This document shows, one piece after another, positions 26,619 to 35,766 of a stretch of DNA of 64,000 nt; the first letter of the stretch is position 1, and each line of letters begins with the position of its first letter. Source of the DNA: Thermodesulfobacteriota bacterium (GTDB taxonomy: Bacteria; Desulfobacterota; Deferrimicrobia; Deferrimicrobiales; Deferrimicrobiaceae); NCBI GenBank assembly GCA_040758155.1, contig JBFLWB010000144.1:5481-69480 (forward strand), read 5' to 3'. A program made the position numbers and the translations under genes. The notes beneath the pieces were generated by a model, which was given only the letters and a program-made list of their open reading frames with translations, was not told the DNA's origin and ran no database searches.

Positions 26619-27266
26619 CTAACGTTCGGCCCTGGAATCATATCGCTCCAACGCCCGGCGGATTGCCGCTGCGACCGCCAGGCCGAGATACCCCCCCGCG
26701 ACGACGTCGCCGAGGAAATGGTAGTTCGTCACGACCAGCGCCGCGCCGAGAAGCAGCGGGGCGAAAATCAGGAGCGGGCGGTGCTCCGGGAAATGGATCC
26801 AGCACGCGGCCGCGACGGCGGCGATCACCGTCATGTGCCCGGAAGGGAAGCCGCTGTGCCCGTTCCCGGAATTGAACCAGTGGAAGCCGTCGGGCAGCGG
26901 ATCCCTCAGCCAGGCGCGCGTTTCGACCCGCCCGAAGAGGGTCTTGAACGCCGCCTTCGCGACGTGCGCGGCCGGGAGGACGGTCCCCGCGAACCGGTAG
27001 AACGCGGCCCTTTCGTCCCGGAACCCCCTGCGGACCCGGAGGAACCATGCGGTCCACATCCAGGCCGACAAGATGAGGACGAAGGGAAGAAGAAGGTCCG
27101 GGAGATCGTCGGTATATCTGTTGAGGAAGGGGCTGGATCGCCGGAAGCCGTCGATCGCCAGGGCGAGCGGCTCGTCGAGGTATGCGACGCAGACGGCGGC
27201 GGCGGGAAGGGCGACGGGAAGGCCCAGGAGGGTCGCCCTCGTCAGGGGATGCATCGGCTTCGTCAT
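26619..27266 (-). CDS. PAP2-family membrane phosphatase
   Basis: Contains the PAP2 motifs KxxxxxxRP-like, FPSGH (PSGH) and HFLGDVVAGGYLG (SRxxxxxHxxxD-like). Confidence 0.75.
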   Translation of the reverse strand: MTKPMHPLTRATLLGLPVALPAAAVCVAYLDEPLALAIDGFRRSSPFLNRYTDDLPDLLLPFVLILSAWMWTAWFLRVRRGFRDERAAFYRFAGTVLPAAHVAKAAFKTLFGRVETRAWLRDPLPDGFHWFNSGNGHSGFPSGHMTVIAAVAAACWIHFPEHRPLLIFAPLLLGAALVVTNYHFLGDVVAGGYLGLAVAAAIRRALERYDSRAER

Positions 27267-27328
27267 ATCGGCCTGTATTATACACGTCGGGATTCTCCCG
27301 GCCGGTCCCTTTTGATACTTTGGTCACC

Positions 27329-28573
27329 ATGACGAACGCCGCCGGCCTCCTGGTCTTCCTGACGGGCATCAACATGCTCAACTACGTGGACCGCTACGTG
27401 GCGGCGGCCGTGCTCGAGCCCATGGGCCGGGACATGGGGCTGAGCGACGCCCAGCTCGGGTGGATCCATCCGGTATTCATCTACGCTTACATGCTGGCGG
27501 CGCCCGTCGTCGGGACGCTCGCGGACCGCATGCACCGCCCCCGGCTGATCGCCTCTGGAATCGCATTGTGGAGCCTGGCCACCGCCGGGGCCGCGTTTGC
27601 CGGGGGGTTCGGGGGCCTTCTTCTCTCCCGCGCCCTCGTCGGGGTGGGGGAGGCGGCGTATGCCGCGCTGGGACCGGCGCTCCTCTCCGACTGTTACGCC
27701 GAAAAGGACAGGGCGAGGGTGTTCACCTGGTACTTCATGGCGATACCGGTCGGAAGCGCCATCGGATACGGGCTGGGGGGGCTCGTCGCACAGGCGTGGG
27801 GCTGGCGCGCGTCGTTCCTTGTCGCCGGACTCCCGGGCCTCCTCCTGGCGGCGCGCATGTGGCGGGTCGCCGATCCGCCGCGGGGCGGCATGGACACGAT
27901 GGAAGACCGCCTCGGGGGAGCTTCCTTTTCCGCGAAGCTGAAACACCTGTTCACCAACCGGATCTGGGTGGCGTGCACCCTGTCCTACACCGCCTATACC
28001 TTCGCCATGGGGGCGCTGAGCGCCTGGGCCCCGACGCTCCTCCAGCGGGTCCACGGGATCGGCGCGGGGAGGGCGGGGATCGTGTTCGGGGGGATGGCCG
28101 TCGTCACCGGGATCGCGGGCACGTTCGCGGGAGGCGCGCTGACCTCCCGGCTGCAGAGGCGTTGGACCGACGCGGGCGTGTGGATCGCGGGGGGGACCCT
28201 GCTCGCGGCCGCCCCGGTGGTGGCCTGGGCGCTTCGCGCCCCGACGCCCGGCGGGACATACGCGGCGTTCTTCCTGGGGATGCTGCTCCTTTTCTGCAAC
28301 ACAAGCCCGGTGAATGCGCTGACGGTGAGCTGCGTCCCGGGGAGCATCCGGGCGACGGGTCTCGCCGTCAACGTTTTCCTGATCCACCTGCTGGGAGACG
28401 CGTTGAGCCCGGAATGGGTGGGGCACAGGAGCGCGGGATTCATCGAGGCCGGCATGGAACGGGGCGAAGCGCTTTCCAGGGCCTTGTGGATCGCCGTGCC
28501 CGCCGTCGCCGCAAGCGGAGCCGTGCTGATCTGTTGGGCGAGGGGGGGGCGGCGCGAGGGGAAAAACGAATAG
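27329..28573 (+). CDS. MFS transporter
   Basis: Twelve predicted TM segments and the MFS signature GTLADRMHRPR. This is the internal-start portion of ORF 27182..28573. Confidence 0.8.
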   Translation: MTNAAGLLVFLTGINMLNYVDRYVAAAVLEPMGRDMGLSDAQLGWIHPVFIYAYMLAAPVVGTLADRMHRPRLIASGIALWSLATAGAAFAGGFGGLLLSRALVGVGEAAYAALGPALLSDCYAEKDRARVFTWYFMAIPVGSAIGYGLGGLVAQAWGWRASFLVAGLPGLLLAARMWRVADPPRGGMDTMEDRLGGASFSAKLKHLFTNRIWVACTLSYTAYTFAMGALSAWAPTLLQRVHGIGAGRAGIVFGGMAVVTGIAGTFAGGALTSRLQRRWTDAGVWIAGGTLLAAAPVVAWALRAPTPGGTYAAFFLGMLLLFCNTSPVNALTVSCVPGSIRATGLAVNVFLIHLLGDALSPEWVGHRSAGFIEAGMERGEALSRALWIAVPAVAASGAVLICWARGGRREGKNE

Positions 28574-28737
28574 GGAGTGGCGGCCGGCCTTCCACCGGCA
28601 TCCGCGGCTTGCCTGCGTCTTCACCTTGTCCGGGGAGTTCCTGCCTTTCCCCGGGTGGTCGGGCGGTTGAGCCGGTTATCTCTCCGCCGCCGTCCGCATG
28701 GCCGTGGGGCCTGTGTGACCCCGCCGCGCCACTCCAT

Positions 28738-30747
28738 TCACATTATAGCAGATTGGTATCCTTTCGGCGGTTCGGGCTCCACGCCCCCGCCGCTGGCGAA
28801 CCGGGAGGCGATCTCCGCGAATTCGTCGCCCGCGGACAGGAACGCGTCGACCACGTCGGGATCGAAGTAGACCCCCTTGAGGCCGCGGATGATGGCGATC
28901 GCCTCCTCGTGGGAGATCGCGGGCTTGTACAGCCGCGGGCTGATGATGGCGTCGTAGGAGTCCGCCGCCGCCATCAGGCGGCCGGGGATGGGGATCGCGT
29001 CCCCCTTCAGCCCGCGCGGATAACCGGTTCCGTCCCACCGTTCGTGGTGGTTCAACGCGATCTCGTCGGCCACCTGGAGGAACGAATCCTCTCCCAGGAA
29101 GTTCCTTGCCAACCGGATCGTCTCCGAGCCGTACAGGGTGTGCTTCTTCATCTCCTCGAATTCCTCCACCGTGAGGCGGGCCGGCTTGAGGAGGATGTGG
29201 TCGGGGACGCCGACCTTCCCGATATCGTGCAGCGGGGCGAGGCGGAACAGCAGGTCGATCGCGTCGTCGTCCAGGTAGGCGCGGAAGCGGGGGTGGTCCT
29301 TCAGGCGGAGCGCGAGCGTGCGCATGTAGTGACGGGTCCGCTGGATGTGCCCCCCGGTCTCGTGGTGCCGCGTTTCCGCAAGCGCGGCCAGGCTCTGGAT
29401 GACGGCGTCCTGCGTCAGCGACAGCTTCCGCGTCCGCTCCCGGACCTCCCGTTCGGTTTCGAGGTAGCGGATCGAGGTGAGCAGCGTGAAGACGGACCCG
29501 AGGGTGGCCGTCGGAACGAGCGGGGACAGGAACAGTTGGGAATGGGCGAGGAGCCACCAGGAGCCCGCCCAGACGCCGGCGGCGGCCGGCACGACGATCG
29601 CCAGGCTCCATGCGGCCGTCCCGCGGGCCAGGACGAGCGTCAGGAGGACGCCGACGAGGAGGACCAGCAGCGCCATGAGCCCGCGGATCCAGCGGGGGCT
29701 CGAGATCGGGTCGGATGCGATCAGGTTCTCGATGGCCGAGGCGTGGATCTCCACACCGGGCTGCGCGGCTTCGAGCGGCGTGGTCCGGATCTCGTGGAGC
29801 CCCGCCGAGGTCGTTCCCACGAGGACCACTTTCCCGCGGAGCGCGGCCGCGTCCGCGGTTCCGTCCAGCAGGGAGGCCGCCGGGATGTGGGGGAACGCGC
29901 GGCGGCTGCCGCGGTAGTTCACGAGGAGGTTGCCGCGCGGGTCGAGGGGGATCCTGTTCCCCCCGAGAAGGATGGACTCGATCCCTCCCGCCCCCGCTTC
30001 GAGGACGACGTCGCCGCCCAGCGTCTTCCGGTAGACGGCCAGGGCGAGGCTCGGGTAATACGCGTCCCGGTGCCGGATCACCAGGGGGACGCGCCGGACC
30101 ACGCCGTCCGAGTCGGGGGTGACGTTGAAGAAACCGGAAGAGGCCGCCGCCCGCGCCAGCACGGGGAGGTTGCAGACGACTCCCATGGCATCGAAGAGGT
30201 TCGCCGGCCCGGCCGCGTCCTTCGCGGACCGGACCGCGGCGGGAAGCGGGTGCAGGACGCAGCGCTCGCCGCGGGGGGCGTCGAAATCGAACTGGTAGCC
30301 GAGGACGAAGGGACCCCGCGCCAGCACGGCCGCGAGGGTCCGGTCGGAATCGAGGGCTTCGACGGGCATCCCTTCCAGGGAGATGCCGACGCCGAGGTCG
30401 CGGCGGATCTCGCCGGAAAGGGACGCAAGCGAGGTGCGGTCGGGTTCCGCGAAGAGCATGTCGAGCCCCACGGCGGAGGCTCCAGCGCGCCGGATCTCCT
30501 CGAGGAGCCGCGCGACGCGGTAGCGGGGCCAGGGCCATTGGCCGTAAGCGGCGATGCTGGCCTCGTCGAGGTCCACGATCGCCACGGAGCCCGAAACGGG
30601 GCTCCGCGGCGCGGACCGGAGGAAGGAGTCGTAGATCTTGCCGTCCAGGTACAGGAAGAGCTGCGGCGGCCAGACGCTCAGGGCGGCCATCGCAAGGGTC
30701 AGGAGGAAGCCGACGACCAGAATGGGAAGGGAGCGGTTACCGGTCAT
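28738..30747 (-). CDS. CHASE2 sensor domain-containing HD-GYP phosphodiesterase
   Basis: An N-terminal TM helix and a periplasmic CHASE2 domain (VAIVDLDEASIAAYGQWPWPR) are followed by 3 TM segments and a C-terminal HD-GYP domain (HDIGKVGVPDHILLKP ... HHERWDGTGYPRGL). Confidence 0.85.
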   Translation of the reverse strand: MTGNRSLPILVVGFLLTLAMAALSVWPPQLFLYLDGKIYDSFLRSAPRSPVSGSVAIVDLDEASIAAYGQWPWPRYRVARLLEEIRRAGASAVGLDMLFAEPDRTSLASLSGEIRRDLGVGISLEGMPVEALDSDRTLAAVLARGPFVLGYQFDFDAPRGERCVLHPLPAAVRSAKDAAGPANLFDAMGVVCNLPVLARAAASSGFFNVTPDSDGVVRRVPLVIRHRDAYYPSLALAVYRKTLGGDVVLEAGAGGIESILLGGNRIPLDPRGNLLVNYRGSRRAFPHIPAASLLDGTADAAALRGKVVLVGTTSAGLHEIRTTPLEAAQPGVEIHASAIENLIASDPISSPRWIRGLMALLVLLVGVLLTLVLARGTAAWSLAIVVPAAAGVWAGSWWLLAHSQLFLSPLVPTATLGSVFTLLTSIRYLETEREVRERTRKLSLTQDAVIQSLAALAETRHHETGGHIQRTRHYMRTLALRLKDHPRFRAYLDDDAIDLLFRLAPLHDIGKVGVPDHILLKPARLTVEEFEEMKKHTLYGSETIRLARNFLGEDSFLQVADEIALNHHERWDGTGYPRGLKGDAIPIPGRLMAAADSYDAIISPRLYKPAISHEEAIAIIRGLKGVYFDPDVVDAFLSAGDEFAEIASRFASGGGVEPEPPKGYQSAIM

Positions 30748-30753
30748 GCCCGC

Positions 30754-31419
30754 CTATCGGATCGTCACTTCGACGCGGCGGTTCCGGGGCTCGGAGACCT
30801 GGTCGCCGGTGGGGATCAGGGGGTTGTCCTTTCCGTGCGAAGTGATCTCCAGGATGGATTCCTCCACGCCTGCGGCGACAAGCAGGTCGGCCACGGTCTG
30901 TGCCCGCTTGCGGGAGAGCTTGTAGTTGTACTGCCGGTCCCCCACGGTGTCCGTGTGTCCGACGACGCTGATGTCCACCGGGGCCATCGCCTTGATCGTC
31001 CGCACGACCTGGAGCATCAGCCCCCTGGACGGACCGGTGAGCGTCGCGGTCCCGTGCTCGAAATGGAGGATGAACTGCTTCGGCGGCGGCGGAAGCGCGT
31101 TGAGCGCGGCTCCCGCGATGGACGCCACCTCGTTGTCCTGCATGATGAACGGGGCGCCGGGGGCGGAGTTCTCCCCGACGACCACCGCCTGCCGGGTTTC
31201 CGAGAGCACGAGGTCCTTCCCGCCGCCGGACACGACGATGGCGCCGGTCTTCCCCGACGCGTCGGGAAGGAGAACGATCGTGTCCGGAGTCCGGGAAGGC
31301 AGGGTGGGCGGCGCCGAAGCGCATCCGGGGACGACAGTGATGGCGAACAGGCATGCGGCGAGGAGGCGGAAGCTCCGCGCCCTTGGGAGCATTTCCGCGC
31401 TGCCGCCCGCGCGCGTCAT
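30754..31419 (-). CDS. OmpA-family (peptidoglycan-binding) lipoprotein
   Basis: The C-terminal OmpA-like domain VVGHTDTVGDRQYNYKLSRKRAQTVADLLVAAG...NRRVEVTI follows a signal peptide. Its ATG overlaps the upstream FecR-like stop (ATGA). A 6-nt gap separates it from the CHASE2 gene. Confidence 0.85.
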   Translation of the reverse strand: MTRAGGSAEMLPRARSFRLLAACLFAITVVPGCASAPPTLPSRTPDTIVLLPDASGKTGAIVVSGGGKDLVLSETRQAVVVGENSAPGAPFIMQDNEVASIAGAALNALPPPPKQFILHFEHGTATLTGPSRGLMLQVVRTIKAMAPVDISVVGHTDTVGDRQYNYKLSRKRAQTVADLLVAAGVEESILEITSHGKDNPLIPTGDQVSEPRNRRVEVTIR

Positions 31420-31892
31420 CTTGCGATCGGCTCCCCGGTCTTCACGGCGAAGTGGGTTCCCCGGATGCCGATGGTGGTCGTGGGAGTTTCGAAGCGGGCC
31501 GATTCGGGGGAGAGTTTGCCGATCAGCCCCGAGAGGTACGCGAGGGAGCCCCGGGTGATGCGGATGAAGAGGCCGAACTTCCCTTGATCGGGCTGGAATT
31601 CGAAGTTCCGGACGACCACGCTGCTTCCCGGCCCCAGCGAGAGGGTGGAGTCGTCCCGGAAGATCGCTCCCAGGGATCCGTCCTCCCCGGTAACGAGGGT
31701 ATCGCCGACCTGGAGTTTCGTCCCGATGCCCGCGGGGAGGCGTTCCCCGTCGCGCACCACGAACGCCGAACCCGCGGCGTTCTTTATGAAACCGACGGGC
31801 TCCCCGGCCGCAACCGCCGGGATGGGCGGCAGGAGGAGCGCAGCGGCCAGCGAATATCCGATCAAGGCGGCGAGACGGATGGCCTTCCTCAT
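31416..31892 (-). CDS. Secreted FecR-domain protein (paralog of 1024..1488)
   Basis: A signal peptide is followed by a FecR domain (GDTLVTGEDGSLGAIFRDDSTLSLGP ... ETPTTTIGIRGT). It is the first or second gene of the FecR-OmpA-CHASE2/HD-GYP operon. Confidence 0.8.
   Translation of the reverse strand: MRKAIRLAALIGYSLAAALLLPPIPAVAAGEPVGFIKNAAGSAFVVRDGERLPAGIGTKLQVGDTLVTGEDGSLGAIFRDDSTLSLGPGSSVVVRNFEFQPDQGKFGLFIRITRGSLAYLSGLIGKLSPESARFETPTTTIGIRGTHFAVKTGEPIAR
31431..31575. repeat. Second copy of the FecR-like 3'-end repeat (see 1041..1182)
   Basis: Same comparison as for the first copy. Confidence 0.8.
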
Positions 31893-31924
31893 GATTTCCT
31901 TATCGGAACGGTTTCCCGTCGTCT

Positions 31925-32329
31925 TTAAAGGAAACGCACTTTTTGGACGGCGGCGGAGACGATGAACACCCTCGTGTTGTTCGATCCCTTGTCGACGGGG
32001 AACAGGAAGAAGCCGGGGCGCTTCGGGTCGTATCCCTGGGTGGTCCCGAGGATGGTCTCGTTGTCCCGGAATGTCACCTCCATCACCCGCCCCTGCGGCT
32101 TTTCCCCTTCGGAGATCCGATTCTTTTCCTGAAAATCCTTGTTCCCCGTGAAGTCCCGGACGAAAAACACCGCCTTCAGGTTGTCCAGGGGGATCTCCAC
32201 CGGCCCCTTGAAGGGCTCCCCTTCCAGCGGCAGGAGATGGAACGAAGGACGGTTCGGGAAGAAGTTCTGCGTATGCCCCTTGAGGACCCTTCCGCTGGCG
32301 TAGCGGACCACGATCTTGCTCGGTTCCAT
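31925..32329 (-). CDS. Hypothetical protein (134 aa), lower-GC, immediately upstream of the FecR-OmpA-CHASE2 operon on the same strand
   Basis: A clean 134-aa ORF with plausible codon usage and no recognisable domain. A 32-nt gap separates it from the FecR-like gene. Confidence 0.45.
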   Translation of the reverse strand: MEPSKIVVRYASGRVLKGHTQNFFPNRPSFHLLPLEGEPFKGPVEIPLDNLKAVFFVRDFTGNKDFQEKNRISEGEKPQGRVMEVTFRDNETILGTTQGYDPKRPGFFLFPVDKGSNNTRVFIVSAAVQKVRFL

Positions 32330-32499
32330 ATTCTGCCTCCTTCCGGGGCGGTTCCGCCCGCCATCCCTAACGATATTCCATCGTCCGGAAAAATCAACTG
32401 GCCCGCGAAATGCGGGCCGTGCCGTTTCCCCGTCTTGACGGTCGCCCCCGGCCTTGTGAAAATGACGTTCTCGTACGACATCCGGACCTGGAGGCGCAT

Positions 32500-33627
32500 A
32501 TGAACCGCAAGATCAATTTCAACGCCGGACCGGCGGCGCTTCCGCTGCCCGCATTGGAGCGCGCGCGTGAGGAGCTGCTCGACTTCGCTGGAAGCGGCAT
32601 GTCGGTGATGGAGCACAGCCACCGGGGCAAGGAATACGAGGCCGTCCACGACGAGGCCATCGCCCTGGTCCGGGAGCTCCTCTCCGTTCCCGAGAGCTAC
32701 GAGGTCCTGCTGCTCCAGGGAGGGGCCACCACGCTGTTCGCGCAGATCCCACTGAACCTGCTCGACAAGGGGAAGAGCGCGCAGTACCTCGTCACGGGCG
32801 CCTGGGGCGAAAAGGCGGTCGGCGAGGCGAAGTCCGTCGCCGGGCTGACCGGAGCGGCCGTTTCCGTCCAGAGCCTCGGCGAGGGGGAAGGCAAGGAGAA
32901 GAGATACACCCGTGTGCCCGGCGCCTCCGGGACGAACGTCGATCCGGCCTCCGCCTATTTTCACATCACCTCGAACGAGACCATCCACGGAGTCCAGTTC
33001 AACGCCGACGGCTCCCGTCCGTTCCCCGACACGGCTTCCGTGCCGCTCGTGGCCGACATGTCGAGCGATTTCCTCTGGCGGCCGTTCGACATCACCCGGT
33101 TCGGCCTGGCGTACGCGGGCGCCCAGAAGAACATCGGACCGTCGGGCGTGGTGATCGTCGTGGTCTCGAAGGAGCTGATCGAGAAGGGGAGGAAGGACAT
33201 CCCGAAGATCTGGCAGTTCCGCACGCACGCGGAGAACAAGTCGCTCTACAACACCCCTCCGACGTTCGGCGTCTACATGGTCCGCAACGTTTTGTCCTGG
33301 CTGAAGGGGCAGGGCGGCCTCCCGAAGATCGAGGAGGCGAACCGGAAAAAGGCGGCGCGCCTCTACGGCGTCATCGACGCCAATCCCGGCTTCTACCGCT
33401 CTCCGGTGGAGAAGGAGAGCCGGTCGATGATGAACGTGGTGTACCGCCTCCCGAGCCCGGAGCTCGAGGAGCAGTTCATCGCCGAGGCGAAGAAGCGCGG
33501 GATGGTCGGCCTCAAAGGGCACCGCTCCGTGGGCGGGATCCGGGCCTCCATCTACAACGCCGCCTCCTACGAGTGGGTGGACTCCCTGGCGGGCTTCATG
33601 GAAGAGTTCATGTCTTCCGTGGGATAA
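32500..33627 (+). CDS. serC: Phosphoserine aminotransferase (SerC)
   Basis: [41 protein letters not shown] and the PLP-lysine region [12 protein letters not shown]. Confidence 0.9.
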   Translation: MNRKINFNAGPAALPLPALERAREELLDFAGSGMSVMEHSHRGKEYEAVHDEAIALVRELLSVPESYEVLLLQGGATTLFAQIPLNLLDKGKSAQYLVTGAWGEKAVGEAKSVAGLTGAAVSVQSLGEGEGKEKRYTRVPGASGTNVDPASAYFHITSNETIHGVQFNADGSRPFPDTASVPLVADMSSDFLWRPFDITRFGLAYAGAQKNIGPSGVVIVVVSKELIEKGRKDIPKIWQFRTHAENKSLYNTPPTFGVYMVRNVLSWLKGQGGLPKIEEANRKKAARLYGVIDANPGFYRSPVEKESRSMMNVVYRLPSPELEEQFIAEAKKRGMVGLKGHRSVGGIRASIYNAASYEWVDSLAGFMEEFMSSVG

Positions 33628-33663
33628 TGGTCCTGCAGGTGACGCAGGGACGGGAGGGACGAC

Positions 33664-33936
33664 ATGGACCCCGAAGCGCTTGCCGATGCTTATGCGAAGG
33701 AAGGGGACGCGCTCCTTGCGAAGCGGAAGACGGCCGAGGCCATTGCGCTCTACGACCGGGCAATCGAGGTGCACCCGGAGAGCTGCGAGGCCTGGACCCG
33801 CAAGGCCGTCGCCCTGAAGGCGATGGGGAGATTCCGGGAATCCCTCGAGTGCGTGGAGAGGGCCCTGGAGATCTACCAGGACCCTATCGCGGAGGAACTG
33901 CGGGACTCCTTGAGGCCCGACGCGGACCGGGGCTGA
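33664..33936 (+). CDS. Small TPR-repeat protein (90 aa)
   Basis: Two TPR-like helix pairs (AIALYDRAIEVHPESCEAWTRKAVALKAMGRFRESLECVERALEIY). Its stop codon shares bases with the stop of the convergent cysK. Confidence 0.5.
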   Translation: MDPEALADAYAKEGDALLAKRKTAEAIALYDRAIEVHPESCEAWTRKAVALKAMGRFRESLECVERALEIYQDPIAEELRDSLRPDADRG

Positions 33937-33937
33937 A

Positions 33938-34891
33938 TCACGGGGGGCACTTCCCGCAGGTGGAGCGGAACAGGGAGGTACTGAGGTAGCGGTCTCCGCG
34001 GTCGGGCAGCAGGACGACGACCGTGCCGCGCGCCATGCCCCGGGCGACCTCGATCGCCCCGGCGACCGCGGCGCCGCTCGACATTCCCACGAACAGCCCC
34101 TCCTCGAGGGCGAGGCGCCTCGCGGTCAGGAAGGCCGGCTCGTCCTCGACGACGATTTTCCAGTCGAGGCTCTCTTCGCGGTAGATCGGCGGTACGATCG
34201 CCTCCTTCATGTTCTTCAATCCCTGGATCCGGTGGCCGAGCGTCGGCTCGACGCCCACGACCTGCGCCTTCGGCGCCTTCTCCCGGAGGAAGCGGCTCAC
34301 TCCCATGAGGGTGCCGCCCGTCCCCATGCCGGCGACGAAGCAGTCGATCTCTCCCCCCGTCTGCCGGAGGATCTCCGGCCCCGTGGTCTCGTAGTGCGCG
34401 AGCGGATTGTCCGGGTTGGCGTACTGGTTCGGCATGTAATACCGGTCGGGGGTCTCCTCCAGGATCCGGTGGGCGAGACGGATCGCCCCGTCGGTCCCTT
34501 CCTGGGCGGGCGAAAGGACCAGCTCGGCTCCGAACGCGGAAAGGACGGCGCGGCGCTCCAGACTGACGCAGGCGGGCATGACCAGCTTTACCGGGTAGCC
34601 GCGGGACGCGCCGATCATTGCGATGGCGATCCCGGTGTTGCCGGACGTGGGCTCGAGGATCGTCTTTTCCCGCGTCAGCTCGCCGCGGACCTCCGCCATG
34701 GAGAGCATGTAGAGGGCGGGCCGGTCCTTGACCGAGCCGCCGGGGTTGTTTCCTTCCAGCTTGGCAAGGATTCGAACCCGCGGATTCGGATTCAGCGTCC
34801 GCAGCTCGACGACGGGGGTGTTGCCTAATGCATGCCGGAGGTCGTGCGCGCCGGGCCGGGCCGCGTCCTGCGCCTGCAACTTCGTGATCAT
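33938..34891 (-). CDS. cysK: Cysteine synthase / O-acetylserine sulfhydrylase family (CysK/CysM), PLP-dependent
   Basis: PLP-lysine motif SVKDRPAL, the glycine loop GNTGIAIA and MGTGGT. An internal Met is chosen as the start. The C-terminus has an extra CGKCPP tail. Confidence 0.85.
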   Translation of the reverse strand: MITKLQAQDAARPGAHDLRHALGNTPVVELRTLNPNPRVRILAKLEGNNPGGSVKDRPALYMLSMAEVRGELTREKTILEPTSGNTGIAIAMIGASRGYPVKLVMPACVSLERRAVLSAFGAELVLSPAQEGTDGAIRLAHRILEETPDRYYMPNQYANPDNPLAHYETTGPEILRQTGGEIDCFVAGMGTGGTLMGVSRFLREKAPKAQVVGVEPTLGHRIQGLKNMKEAIVPPIYREESLDWKIVVEDEPAFLTARRLALEEGLFVGMSSGAAVAGAIEVARGMARGTVVVLLPDRGDRYLSTSLFRSTCGKCPP

Positions 34892-35018
34892 TGCTTTTCC
34901 CTCGGATATGCCGAATATGAAAGCAGAATTATACATGCAGGGGGCGGGCTTGTCGAGGCGCCGCGCCTCGCTTGACTTGTTCCGTTCCCTCTCCCGAGAA
35001 TAGAACGAAGGGGGAATC

Positions 35019-35762
<744 letters not shown>

Positions 35763-35766
35763 GCCC

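Noticed and set aside
28630-28655. Hairpin CCGGGGA-N11-TCCCCGG between the convergent MFS and CHASE2 genes, as an intrinsic terminator
   Set aside because: No U-tract follows on either strand, so only weak support.
27460-31587. 1375-aa ORF on the plus strand
   Set aside because: It is antisense or out-of-frame to the confidently identified CHASE2-HD-GYP, OmpA and FecR genes and is Arg/Gly/Pro-rich low-complexity. This is a typical high-GC artefact.
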